Of a stretch of DNA of 64,000 bases, positions 28,273-37,934 are shown in pieces (position 1 is the first letter of the stretch; the number at the start of each line of letters is the position of its first letter). The translations under genes were made by a program, and so were the position numbers. Below the pieces are notes generated by a model. It saw only the letters and a list, made by a program, of their open reading frames with translations. It made no database searches and was not told the origin of the DNA. Source of the DNA: Armatimonadota bacterium (GTDB lineage Bacteria; Armatimonadota; UBA5829; DTLH01); the NCBI GenBank assembly GCA_038207085.1, contig JBBRAE010000003.1, forward strand, positions 108,383 to 172,382, in the 5' to 3' direction.

Positions 28273-30168
28273 ATGAACAGCACTATTTTGAACCTCGAAC
28301 AGGTAACAAAGGACTACACGAACGCAGCCGAGCGCATAGCTCGCAGGGTAATCATCTGCGCGGGCACGGGGTGCGTTGCAAACGGAGCGCTCAAGGTGTT
28401 TGACGCCTTCCGTGACGCCATAGCCGACGCCGGGCTCGATGTCGTGACCGAGCTGAAGCGCGAAGAAGGCGGCGACGTCCACGTCTCTAAAAGCGGCTGC
28501 CAGGGCTTCTGCCAGATGGGCCCGCTCGTGACGGTGCTTCCCGAAGGCATTCTTTATACAAAGGTCAAAGCCTCCGACGTGGCCGAGATAGTCGAAAAGA
28601 CACTTGTCGCAAACGATGAGGTCGAGCGGCTGCTCTACGTTGACCCCATATCGGGTGAGCGCTGCAAGGGAACGGGCGATATCCCCTTCTACACCAGGCA
28701 GGAGCGCACGGTGCTTAAAAGCTGCGGTGTGGTCGACCCCGAGGATATTCGAGAGTATATCCAAAAGGGCGGTTACGCGGCTGCGATGCGCGCTTACAGC
28801 GAGATGACCCCGCAGGCGATCTGCGAGGAGATCACCCACTCCGGCCTTCGAGGTCGAGGCGGCGGCGGATTCCCCGCCGGACGCAAGTGGGACCTCACCC
28901 GCAAGCAGACAGAACCCAAGAAGTTCGTCATCTGTAACGGCGACGAGGGTGACCCCGGCGCGTTTATGGACCGCTCGGTTATGGAGGGCAACCCCCACAG
29001 CGTGATCGAGGGAATGATGATCGCCGCGCGCGCAATCGGCGCTGACGAAGGCTATATTTACGTGCGGCTCGAGTACCCGCTTGCGGTTAATCGTGTAAAG
29101 AAAGCCGTCAAAGACGCTTTGGCCGCGGGAATCCTCGGGCCCGACGTCTTTGGCACGGGACACGCTTTCAAAATTGAAGTTATGGAAGGCGCGGGCGCGT
29201 TTGTCTGTGGCGAAGAGACTGCGCTAATCGCTTCGATCGAAGGCAAGCGCGGGATGCCGCTTCCCAAGCCGCCGTTCCCTGCCCAAAGCGGGCTTGAAGG
29301 TAAGCCGACGGTTATCAACAACGTCGAGACGCTTGCTTCAGTCCCGATGATCTTGAATATGGGCGCAGCCGAGTATAGAAGTGTCGGCACGGAGACTTCT
29401 CCTGGCACCAAGACTTTCGCGCTAACCGGCCACGTGGTCAACACCGGGCTTATAGAGGTTCCGTTTGGGACGACGCTTCGAGAGATCGTAAACCACATCG
29501 GCGGCGGGGTTACAAACGACAAAGGCGAGATGACCGGAGAGGGCTTTAAAGCCGTTCAGATCGGCGGGCCGTCGGGCGGATGCCTTACCGAAGAGCACCT
29601 CGACCTGCCGCTTGATTTCGACTCACTGAAGAGCGTCGGCGCGATGGTCGGCTCCGGCGGGCTTGTAGTTATGAACAAAGAGACGTGCATGGTGGGCATC
29701 GCACGGTTCTTTATGCAGTTTACTCAAAACGAGTCCTGCGGCAAGTGCGTGCTCTGCCGCGAGGGAACCAAGCAGATGCTCGCGCTCCTAGACGACATCA
29801 TGGAGGGACGCGCGACCACCGAGACGCTTGAGCTCCTTGAGAAGGTCGCGCGAGCGGTGCAGAAGGGTTCGCTCTGCGGGCTCGGCAAGACCGCTCCAAA
29901 CCCGATTCTTGCTACCATGAGGCAGTTTAGAGCGGAATACGAGGCGCACGTCTATCAGAAACGATGCCCGACGGGACAGTGCAAGGCGCTTTCGATCCCC
30001 GAGATCATCGCCGAAAAGTGCAAGGGCTGCACGGCCTGTGCAAGAAAGTGCCCCGTAGGTGCGATCACGGGAGAGAAGAAAGAAGTCCACGTGATCGACG
30101 CCGATGCCTGCATCAAGTGCGGAGTCTGCAAAGAGACCTGCCGGTTTGACGCTGTAGTTGGAGTATAG
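28273..30168 (+). CDS. hydB: Electron-bifurcating [FeFe]-hydrogenase beta subunit (NuoF-like, FMN/NAD)
   Basis: N-terminal thioredoxin-like 2Fe-2S, GLRGRGGGGFP, CNGDEGDPGAFMDR, ESCGKCVLCR and C-terminal 2x[4Fe-4S]. Confidence 0.92.
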   Translation: MNSTILNLEQVTKDYTNAAERIARRVIICAGTGCVANGALKVFDAFRDAIADAGLDVVTELKREEGGDVHVSKSGCQGFCQMGPLVTVLPEGILYTKVKASDVAEIVEKTLVANDEVERLLYVDPISGERCKGTGDIPFYTRQERTVLKSCGVVDPEDIREYIQKGGYAAAMRAYSEMTPQAICEEITHSGLRGRGGGGFPAGRKWDLTRKQTEPKKFVICNGDEGDPGAFMDRSVMEGNPHSVIEGMMIAARAIGADEGYIYVRLEYPLAVNRVKKAVKDALAAGILGPDVFGTGHAFKIEVMEGAGAFVCGEETALIASIEGKRGMPLPKPPFPAQSGLEGKPTVINNVETLASVPMILNMGAAEYRSVGTETSPGTKTFALTGHVVNTGLIEVPFGTTLREIVNHIGGGVTNDKGEMTGEGFKAVQIGGPSGGCLTEEHLDLPLDFDSLKSVGAMVGSGGLVVMNKETCMVGIARFFMQFTQNESCGKCVLCREGTKQMLALLDDIMEGRATTETLELLEKVARAVQKGSLCGLGKTAPNPILATMRQFRAEYEAHVYQKRCPTGQCKALSIPEIIAEKCKGCTACARKCPVGAITGEKKEVHVIDADACIKCGVCKETCRFDAVVGV

Positions 30169-30170
30169 CA

Positions 30171-32189
30171 ATGAACAAAACTGAGTTCTTGATCATAGAC
30201 GGAAAAGAAATCGCAATCGAAGGCGAGCGGAACCTGCTTGAGATCATCCGAAAAGCCGGGATCGATATCCCGACGTTCTGCTATCACTCGGACCTGTCGG
30301 TCTACGGCGCGTGCCGGCTCTGCCTGGTCGACGTGGAAGGGCGCGGCATCGTCACCTCCTGCTCCACGCTTCCTGAGCCGGGTCTGAAAGTAAAGACGAA
30401 CACGGAAGAGATTCGCGAGATCAGAAAGATCACAATCGAGCTTCTGCTTGCCAATCACGACAAGAGCTGCCCGACCTGTCCGAAGAGCGCGGCATGCCAG
30501 CTTCAGGACCTTGCGCGCAGGCTCGGGGTCGAGGAGATTCGGTTCAAGCAGACCGCCGAGAAGCAGCCGATTGATCGCACGTCGCCCTCGCTTGTCCGCG
30601 ACCCGAACAAGTGCGTGCTCTGCGGCGACTGCGTGCGCGCCTGCCACGAGATTCAGGGTATAGGCGCGATCGACTTCGCGGGCCGCGGCGCCGAAAGCGC
30701 GGTTGTCCCGGCGTTCGGGAAAGACCTGGACAAGGTCGAGTGCGTTTACTGCGGACTCTGCGCGACAGTCTGCCCCACAGGTGCGATCACGCCCAAGAGT
30801 GAGGTCGAAGAGGTTTGGAAGGCGCTCCATGACGATTCAAAGACAGTCGTCGCCCAGATCGCCCCGGCAGTGCGCGTTGCGATAGGCGAGTACTTCGGTA
30901 TGGAGCCGGGCACGATCAACACGGGCCAGATGGCAGCGGCTCTAAAGGCCATGGGGTTTAACCAGGTTTATGACACGTCGTTTGCAGCAGACCTTACCGT
31001 GATCGAAGAAGGCACCGAGTTCATTGCCCGAAAGACCAAGGGAGAGAAGCTGCCGCAGTTCACGAGCTGCTGCCCGGCGTGGGTCAAGTTCGCGGAGCAG
31101 TATTATCCTGATCTTCTGCCGAACCTGTCCTCCTGCCGAAGCCCGCAGCAGATGTTTGGTTCGCTTGCGAAAGACACGCTTCCTGCGAAGCTTGGGGTCG
31201 AAAAGAAAGATATTGTCGTTGTCTCGATCATGCCCTGCACAGCCAAAAAGTTCGAGGCCAAGCGCCCCGAGTTCTCAAAGGACGGCGCGATGGACGTCGA
31301 TCACGTAATCACCACCCAGGAGCTTGGGCGGATGATCGAGGAGTCAGGCCTGAAGCTAAACAAGCTTGAGCCTGAGAGCCTTGATATGCCCTTTGGGTTC
31401 AAGACCGGGGCTGGGGTCATCTTTGGAGCCTCCGGCGGCGTCACCGAGGCAGTATTGCGCTTTGCGGCTGAGAAGATCAGCGGCGTAAAGCTGGATTCGG
31501 TCGACTTCAAAGCTGTTCGCGGCGAGGACGGGATCCGTGAGGCGACGATCAATGTCGCAGGCACTGAGCTTAAGCTCGCGGTAGTCCACGGGCTTGCAAA
31601 TGCGCGCGTTTTGGCTGAAAAGGTAAGAGCCGGGCAGTGCGAGTATGACCTGATCGAGGTTATGACGTGCCCCGGCGGGTGCATCGGAGGCGCGGGCCAG
31701 CCGGTTTCGCGCGACGCCGATGTGAAGAAGCTTCGTGCCAGAGGGCTCTATGACTCGGACAAGATGCTCGAGTTCCACAAGAGCCAGGACAACCATATGG
31801 TGAGCGAGTGCTACGCCAAGCACCTCGGCAAGGTCGGCGGCCACAAGGCCCACAACCTGCTGCACACGAGCTATCACAGCCGCAGGCGGATCACCGACTC
31901 CGATATCGACCTTGTGACGGGTCAGGCCAAGGACAAACTTGAAGTTCGGGTGTGCGTAGGAACGAGCTGTATGGTCAGAGGCTCGCAGACGCTCCTCAAG
32001 CAGCTCTTGGCCCACATCGACGACCAGGACCTGCAGGGTGAGGTTGAAGTCCGCGCGACGTTCTGCTTTGAGCAGTGCGACCGAGGCCCAACTGTCGCCG
32101 TAGGCAAAACGGTGATCGAGAAGTGTTCGTTTGAGAAGGCCATCAAGACGCTTGAGAAGGCTGTCGGCAAGGCGAAGTCGCCCGCGTAA
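30171..32189 (+). CDS. hydA: [FeFe]-hydrogenase catalytic subunit (group A3-like) with C-terminal thioredoxin-like 2Fe-2S domain
   Basis: H-cluster motifs FTSCCPAW, MPCTAKKFE and EVMTCPGGCIGGAGQP. C-terminal CVGTSC...FCFEQC. Confidence 0.95.
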   Translation: MNKTEFLIIDGKEIAIEGERNLLEIIRKAGIDIPTFCYHSDLSVYGACRLCLVDVEGRGIVTSCSTLPEPGLKVKTNTEEIREIRKITIELLLANHDKSCPTCPKSAACQLQDLARRLGVEEIRFKQTAEKQPIDRTSPSLVRDPNKCVLCGDCVRACHEIQGIGAIDFAGRGAESAVVPAFGKDLDKVECVYCGLCATVCPTGAITPKSEVEEVWKALHDDSKTVVAQIAPAVRVAIGEYFGMEPGTINTGQMAAALKAMGFNQVYDTSFAADLTVIEEGTEFIARKTKGEKLPQFTSCCPAWVKFAEQYYPDLLPNLSSCRSPQQMFGSLAKDTLPAKLGVEKKDIVVVSIMPCTAKKFEAKRPEFSKDGAMDVDHVITTQELGRMIEESGLKLNKLEPESLDMPFGFKTGAGVIFGASGGVTEAVLRFAAEKISGVKLDSVDFKAVRGEDGIREATINVAGTELKLAVVHGLANARVLAEKVRAGQCEYDLIEVMTCPGGCIGGAGQPVSRDADVKKLRARGLYDSDKMLEFHKSQDNHMVSECYAKHLGKVGGHKAHNLLHTSYHSRRRITDSDIDLVTGQAKDKLEVRVCVGTSCMVRGSQTLLKQLLAHIDDQDLQGEVEVRATFCFEQCDRGPTVAVGKTVIEKCSFEKAIKTLEKAVGKAKSPA

Positions 32190-32205
32190 AATTACGATGG
32201 GCAAC

Positions 32206-32337
32206 GATGGGCAGGGAGATTCCTCCCTGCCCCAAGTTTCGGGGGCATTTGCCCCCAACTACACTATCAAACAAGCAAGAATTGTTGGGGACGGATGTCC
32301 CTGAGACGGGCGCCGGGGAGGAATCTCCCCGGCGATC
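32206..32337. repeat. 54-bp inverted-repeat doublet, each arm with two hairpins
   Basis: 32206-32259 versus the reverse complement of 32284-32337 gives 40/54 identity, ungapped, with compensatory changes. Confidence 0.8.
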
Positions 32338-32355
32338 ATGGCCACTGGAGCAACT

Positions 32356-34143
32356 ATGGGAAACGATTCTCAAACTGGTCAGGTAGTATATACGAACAAG
32401 GCGCACTGCCGCGATTGTTACAGGTGCCTGCGCGTCTGTCCTGTGAAGGCGATCAGGATGAAAGACGGGCAGGCATACGTCGTCAAGGAGCTCTGCATAT
32501 CCTGCGGCACGTGCATCAGAGAGTGCCCGCAGGGAGCAAAGGCATTTCGAAACGATCTTGAGAAGGCGATACGCCTCATCGAGTCGGGCGGAAGCGTTGC
32601 AGTGAGCATCGCACCGAGCTTTGCCGCGATATTCTCGGACTGGGAGCAAAAGCGGCTTGCTTCGGCGCTTCGGAAGCTCGGATTCTCACACGTTGCAGAG
32701 ACCGCGATAGGCGCATACCACGTCGCGCACATGACGGGCAAACTCGTTTCGTCCAAGACCGATCAGACCCACATCTGCACCGCATGTCCCGCGATTGTGA
32801 GCTATATCGAGCGCTATCTGCCAGATCACGTCGACACCCTCGTGCCGGTCGCATCGCCCATGATCGCCCACGCGCGGCACATCAAGGCCAAGCTCGGGCA
32901 GGATGCCAAAGTCGTCTTTGTAGGCCCGTGTGTCGCCAAGAAGTCTGAGGCTGAGTGGCCGCAGAACCGGGGAATCGTCGACTGTGTACTTACGTTCCCT
33001 GAATTGCTCGAATGGTTCGAACGCGAAGACTTGAGCCTTGCCGCGTGCGAAGAAAGCGGCTTTGACGAGGAGCCTGAAGGCGCTGCGAGGTTCTTCCCAC
33101 TTGTTGGGGGCAGCGTGCGCACGTCCAATCTCGATACAGACCTACTAGCATCAGGCGTCGTCTCGGCAAGCGGGTTTGCCGAGGTATCTGAGCTGCTGGC
33201 AAATATATCAAATGCCAGGCCGATGGTTATCGAGCCGCTTTTCTGCACTCAGGGGTGCGTAAACGGCCCCGCGATGCCGGTTCGTACCAACGTGTTCGAG
33301 CGGCGTCGGCACGTGCTCGACTACGCTGGCACGAACACCGGACGCGAGCCGATAGCCGACTATACCGAAAGTGGGCTTTCCAGGCGATTTAGGGCCAAGC
33401 CTATGGAAGAGACCGAGATCGACGAAGAGACGATAAGAGAAGTGCTCGAAAAGACAGGCAAAGCCTCGCCCGAGAACCAGCTAAACTGCGGCGCATGCGG
33501 CTACCCAACCTGCCGCGACAAAGCAATCGCAGTCATACGAGGCATGGCCGAGCTTGAGATGTGCATCCCGTATATGAAGCGACTCGCGGAGCGGCGCACC
33601 GACAAGATCATCGAGACAAGCCCAAACGGCATCGTTATCCTGGACGAGCGGCTTAACATAATCAGCATGAACCCGGCCTTCAGGAACTTCTTTATGTGCT
33701 CGGAGGCGGTATCGGGGCGGCCCATATCGTACCTGATGGACCCCGACCCCTTCGAGCGGCTGGCGTCGGGCAAGGAAGAATTGATCGAGGCGGTCGTGCG
33801 CCACACTCGGGGGAACCTGCTCTGTCACCAGATTCACTACGCGCTCTCCGAGGAAAAGCAGTACGTGGGGATATTTGTGAACATCACCAAATCCCGCGCC
33901 GAGAAAGAGAAACTCGACACGCTTCGCGCACAGACCGTCACTCAGGCCAAAGAGTTGCTCGAACACCAGATCAACATGGCCCAAACGATCGCGAAGTTCC
34001 TGGGCGAAAGCACCGCACGGGGCGAAGACCTGCTTGAGCGACTCATGACAATCGCTGGTGAGGGAAACGAGGCCGCCCCTGAAAAGGGCAAAAGCGGAAG
34101 GCTTGGAATGGAATGGATAAAGGATACATACACGTCGAAATAG
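32356..34143 (+). CDS. Putative sensory [FeFe]-hydrogenase (group C, HydS/HfsB-like) with FeS and PAS domains
   Basis: N-terminal 2x[4Fe-4S], variant motifs CTACPAIV, GPCVAKKSE and FCTQGCVNGP, LNCGACGYPTC, PAS (IIETSPNGIVILD). Confidence 0.88.
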   Translation: MGNDSQTGQVVYTNKAHCRDCYRCLRVCPVKAIRMKDGQAYVVKELCISCGTCIRECPQGAKAFRNDLEKAIRLIESGGSVAVSIAPSFAAIFSDWEQKRLASALRKLGFSHVAETAIGAYHVAHMTGKLVSSKTDQTHICTACPAIVSYIERYLPDHVDTLVPVASPMIAHARHIKAKLGQDAKVVFVGPCVAKKSEAEWPQNRGIVDCVLTFPELLEWFEREDLSLAACEESGFDEEPEGAARFFPLVGGSVRTSNLDTDLLASGVVSASGFAEVSELLANISNARPMVIEPLFCTQGCVNGPAMPVRTNVFERRRHVLDYAGTNTGREPIADYTESGLSRRFRAKPMEETEIDEETIREVLEKTGKASPENQLNCGACGYPTCRDKAIAVIRGMAELEMCIPYMKRLAERRTDKIIETSPNGIVILDERLNIISMNPAFRNFFMCSEAVSGRPISYLMDPDPFERLASGKEELIEAVVRHTRGNLLCHQIHYALSEEKQYVGIFVNITKSRAEKEKLDTLRAQTVTQAKELLEHQINMAQTIAKFLGESTARGEDLLERLMTIAGEGNEAAPEKGKSGRLGMEWIKDTYTSK

Positions 34144-35267
34144 ATAAAAGCCAGGTGCCAAAGCACACCGGCGCGCCTAGCGGCGACGTCGTTGCATACG
34201 AGCGCACCGTCTCTTTGACCACCATCATCGTGGCCGACGGGATGGGCCACGGCATCAAGGCTAACATAGCCGCGCAGCTCTGCGTCGCGCGGATGCTCGA
34301 ACTGCTGCGCCGCGGCAACTCACTTCGTAAAGCCTTCGCGGCGGTCGTCAACACGATGGAGGTTTCCAAGGGCACGGACCTGCCCTACGCCGTATTGACG
34401 GCTGTCCGCATACTAAACGACGGCGTCGCGACGGTGCTCACATACGAGATGCCAGCGCCGATCTTTGTCACGGCCCGCTACGCGCACGTGTTGACTCAGC
34501 GGACGATCACCCTGGACGGCTCGCTTGTCGGGGAGACCAACTGTCACGTCGCCCCAGGGGAAGGCATCATTGTCGTCTCCGACGGAATCACCCAGGCCGG
34601 TCTTGGGATGGGGATGGCAAACGGCTGGACGATCGAGGGCGTGAGCCAGTTCATAAGTGACGTGATCCACGACGGGGCGAAGCTTAAAAGCCTACCCGGC
34701 GCGGTGCTTTCGCGCGCATGCCAGATATGGAAGGACGGGCTCGGCGACGATTGCTCGGTCGTGCTCGCATCCTGCCGCGTCGGCAAGACCGTCAACGTCC
34801 TCACAGGCCCATCCGCAGACCAGCGCCGGGACAAAGAGATCGTCAAGCGGTTTTTGATGCAGGACGGGACCAAGGTCGTAAGTGGCGGCACAACCGCAAG
34901 GATCGTCGCAGACTACCTGGAGCGCCCTATTGGGATCGAGGACAACCCAGACGTGATGCTCGCACCCGCGCGCTACTTCATCGATGGCATCGACCTCGTC
35001 ACAGAAGGCGCAGTCACGCTGAACCAGGTATATAACATCTTTGATGAGGATCCCGAAACGTTTGACGAAGTGAGCGGCGTCACCGATCTCGTCAAGCTAC
35101 TTAAATCTGCCGACCAGGTCAAACTGACCGTCGGCAACGCTCTAAACCCGGCAAACAGGGACATCAGCTTCAGGCAGCGGGGGATTCTCACCCGCCAGGC
35201 GATCATCCCATTGATCATCGAGAAGCTTGAGTCCTCCGGGAAACTTGTGGTCGTGGAAAACTGTTAG
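34113..35267 (+). CDS. SpoIIE/PP2C-like Ser/Thr phosphatase (HfsC-like)
   Basis: SGD, ADGMGHG, SDGITQAG and DDCSV motifs, overlaps the hydS 3' end. Confidence 0.85.
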   Translation: MDKGYIHVEIDKSQVPKHTGAPSGDVVAYERTVSLTTIIVADGMGHGIKANIAAQLCVARMLELLRRGNSLRKAFAAVVNTMEVSKGTDLPYAVLTAVRILNDGVATVLTYEMPAPIFVTARYAHVLTQRTITLDGSLVGETNCHVAPGEGIIVVSDGITQAGLGMGMANGWTIEGVSQFISDVIHDGAKLKSLPGAVLSRACQIWKDGLGDDCSVVLASCRVGKTVNVLTGPSADQRRDKEIVKRFLMQDGTKVVSGGTTARIVADYLERPIGIEDNPDVMLAPARYFIDGIDLVTEGAVTLNQVYNIFDEDPETFDEVSGVTDLVKLLKSADQVKLTVGNALNPANRDISFRQRGILTRQAIIPLIIEKLESSGKLVVVENC

Positions 35268-35411
35268 GTTACAGGTAGCGGGGAGCTGCCGGACATCAGC
35301 TCTCTGCTTTCCCGGGTTCACTTGCAATACCTCCGCCCGGGGTTCCAGGTTCGTTCAAAGCGACCGCTTCCCCCTGGAGGGTACTGACACCCGTACCCTC
35401 CAGCCCTTTGC

Positions 35412-37106
35412 CTAGAGCCTGTCCCTGCCTATCACGACGATTGCGGCATCGTCCTGGAGCTGGCCCTCGGCGTAGTCTGTGGCTATATTGAGCAAGTCGG
35501 AGGCGATATCTTCAACCGAAGTATCTACGCAGCCGCTGACAAACTCGATCACAGCCTCTTTGCTGAAGAGGTCAGTGCTTGACTTTCGGGCTTCGGTGAT
35601 GCCATCTGTGAACATCACTATTCGGCTCCCTGGATCGAGCCGACAGGTGGACTGCTTGTAAACTGATCCTGAGAGTATCCCCAAGGGCACGCCGGACAGG
35701 TCGAGCTCCTCAGTTTTGCCATCGGGATACAGCAGCACGGGGGACTCGTGACCCGCGTTCGAGTAGGTGAGCACTCCGCTTTGAAGGTCCAGAACCGCGA
35801 GAAACGCCGTCAGCATGTTGTGGTCTTCGTCGGCGCTCCGCGACAGGCTGATATTCGCGATCTCAAGCACCCGCGAAGGTTCGGATTCAACAAATGCGCT
35901 GCTTCGAATGGCGTATCTGGCCTCAGCGACCCTAATCGCCGCAGCAAGGCCTTTGCCCGCAACGTCACCGATCATCACGCATATACGGTCGCCATCGAGC
36001 TCGAATATATCGTAGAAATCCCCACCAATATTGGACTCTTTCAGGTTCGACCTGTATGCAGTCCCAAAATTGTAACCATTGATGCCTTGCGGAACCGACG
36101 ATGGAAAGAGCATCTGCTGCAGAATGCTTGTTATATACCGCTCGTGGCTCAGAAGCTCCTGCTCTTGTTGCTTACGCACCGTAATGTCGCGAATTATGCT
36201 CAAGAGAGTTTTCTCACCGCCGATCTCAGTGCCGCGGGCGTTTACTTCGACGGGGAATGTCGAGCCGTCCTTTCGGCGATGGATCGTCTCAAAAAGGACC
36301 CCTTTGAAGTATGCCTCGGCCATCTGCGGAGCGGCCTGGTCATGGGTTCCGGCTTCACGAATATCTGGGACAGAAAGCGATAGAAGCTCATCCCGGCTGT
36401 ATCCGTATGCGGAGATAGCTGCATTGTTAGCCTCGATGATACGTCCGTCGGTCCGCAGAAACAGAATGATGTCGCGCGAGTTCTCGGAAAGCATCCGGTA
36501 TTTTCTCAGCACTTCCTCGTCACGCTTGCGCTCAGTTATGTCCTCAATCGTGCCGATGGAATAGAAGGGTTTGCCCTCCGCGTCGAGAACGAGCCTGGCC
36601 GTGACACGGCCCCAGATGACGCTTCCGTCTTTGCGGATGTAACGCTTCTCCAGAATGCGAAGAGTTACTTTGCCGGAGATGAGATCGGACATGACCATTT
36701 TGCTGTCTTCCACCTCTTCGGGGCAAGTGATGTCGAGGAGACTTCTGCTGTCGAGCTCACCCGGATCGTACCCCAGCATCTGGTGAAAGGCAAGATTGCA
36801 GGAGAGCAGCTTCCCCTGCTCCAAATCGACGATGGCGAGCCCGATCGCGGCGTTGTCAAAAATCGCCTGGGCACACTCGTCGCTTCGCTGAGGCAGAGTA
36901 GGACACACGTCGGATGATTGCCTGGACAGCAATGCGGGGTCGATGATGACTTTGGCGTAGTCGCTGAGGCGCGGCTGCGCGCTGGCCTTGGCAAGCGAGG
37001 CGACCAGGTCGACGCGCGTGAGCTCGTCAGCAGACAACCCGAGCCCCGGAAGGCTGGAGGCGTCGCCGACCACCAGGATGCGATGACTGCTGTTCCTATC
37101 GGCCAT
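35412..37106 (-). CDS. PAS-PAS-PP2C (RsbU/RsbP-like) phosphatase
   Basis: Two PAS/PAC units, GGDFYD, IGDVAGKG, NAGHESP, FTDGITEAR and DDAAIV motifs. Confidence 0.88.
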   Translation of the reverse strand: MADRNSSHRILVVGDASSLPGLGLSADELTRVDLVASLAKASAQPRLSDYAKVIIDPALLSRQSSDVCPTLPQRSDECAQAIFDNAAIGLAIVDLEQGKLLSCNLAFHQMLGYDPGELDSRSLLDITCPEEVEDSKMVMSDLISGKVTLRILEKRYIRKDGSVIWGRVTARLVLDAEGKPFYSIGTIEDITERKRDEEVLRKYRMLSENSRDIILFLRTDGRIIEANNAAISAYGYSRDELLSLSVPDIREAGTHDQAAPQMAEAYFKGVLFETIHRRKDGSTFPVEVNARGTEIGGEKTLLSIIRDITVRKQQEQELLSHERYITSILQQMLFPSSVPQGINGYNFGTAYRSNLKESNIGGDFYDIFELDGDRICVMIGDVAGKGLAAAIRVAEARYAIRSSAFVESEPSRVLEIANISLSRSADEDHNMLTAFLAVLDLQSGVLTYSNAGHESPVLLYPDGKTEELDLSGVPLGILSGSVYKQSTCRLDPGSRIVMFTDGITEARKSSTDLFSKEAVIEFVSGCVDTSVEDIASDLLNIATDYAEGQLQDDAAIVVIGRDRL

Positions 37107-37171
37107 GTGAATCCACCAAGTTGCTCATAGCTTATGCCTATACCCCAAGAGCGAACTTACACCGGACACGG

Positions 37172-37212
37172 CCAGTGGAGACAAACCCAGCACTGCAGTC
37201 TGTCTCCACTGG
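37172..37212. terminator. Hairpin downstream of the cupin gene
   Basis: CCAGTGGAGACA/TGTCTCCACTGG 12-bp stem, no clear T tract. Confidence 0.4.
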
Positions 37213-37223
37213 TTGATAATAAT

Positions 37224-37772
37224 CTATCTTGCGTAGTCGTCCTGCACTCGGATGATGTCGCTTTCATCTGAGAGGTTATTCACATCCTCGTGCTGCCATA
37301 TCTCAGCTACCCGGCCCCAGGTGTCGAGCGCGCCGCAGAGCCTGTGCATGTGGCCGACGGGGACGCTGATCACCTCTCCGGGGAACATAAGGCTCTCGGT
37401 AAGGTGCTCCCTATCCGGGCCGTGGACTACGAGCACAGGGCCGTCCAGCACCCGCCAGAGCTCTGAGCGCCTGTGATGGAGCTGAAGCGACAGCCTCGCC
37501 GCCGGAGCTACGATCAAGACCTTGGGGTCGCGCCGCCCATGAGCCGAGCCGGTGTCGAATCCTTCCCAGTAGGCATCGAAGAACTTCGGCAGATCCTCCT
37601 CGGAGAACCGCAGAAACCCGCCCCAGGGCCTGGCAAAGTCCTGATCGGCGATGTTGAGGCCGAAACCCTTCGCCTCTGCAAGAATACGCTTGAAAACAAG
37701 ACCGCTTTGCGCTTTGTTTGTAAGATCCATTTCAGTCACCTTCTTTATTGTACTCACAACAGTGTTAGCCAC
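37224..37772 (-). CDS. Cupin, mannose-6-phosphate isomerase type II-like
   Basis: RPWGGF, RLSLQLHHRRSELW, HRL and ESDIIRVQDDYAR motifs. Start uncertain (37772 or 37730). Confidence 0.75.
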   Translation of the reverse strand: MANTVVSTIKKVTEMDLTNKAQSGLVFKRILAEAKGFGLNIADQDFARPWGGFLRFSEEDLPKFFDAYWEGFDTGSAHGRRDPKVLIVAPAARLSLQLHHRRSELWRVLDGPVLVVHGPDREHLTESLMFPGEVISVPVGHMHRLCGALDTWGRVAEIWQHEDVNNLSDESDIIRVQDDYAR

Positions 37773-37934
37773 CGAGCTATACCCTTCCTCCCTCTATTGA
37801 CGTTCGCCCGCCCGTGCGCTAACATGACGTGCAGGGAACAGACCCGGCAATTATATCGTCTTAATATAAGTAGTAACCGACCCGATAATTATAACCAAGA
37901 GGCATGCTGCCTCAAGCGAGAGGTATCGGAAGAA

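Noticed and set aside
31900..32189. C-terminal thioredoxin-like 2Fe-2S domain of HydA as a novel fusion
   Set aside because: Already known in trimeric bifurcating hydrogenases such as Thermotoga maritima HydA
35270..35411. Three hairpins between the convergent phosphatase genes as an ncRNA
   Set aside because: Adequately explained as terminator-like stems for convergent transcripts, with no higher-order pairing seen
37473..37934. Long N-terminal extensions in the ORF track (NlpC/P60 here, also murE, murD, rplB and the DegT gene)
   Set aside because: Better internal starts with an RBS or signal peptide exist, and the extensions run through intergenic repeats or neighbouring genes. Only the rplV extension survives this test
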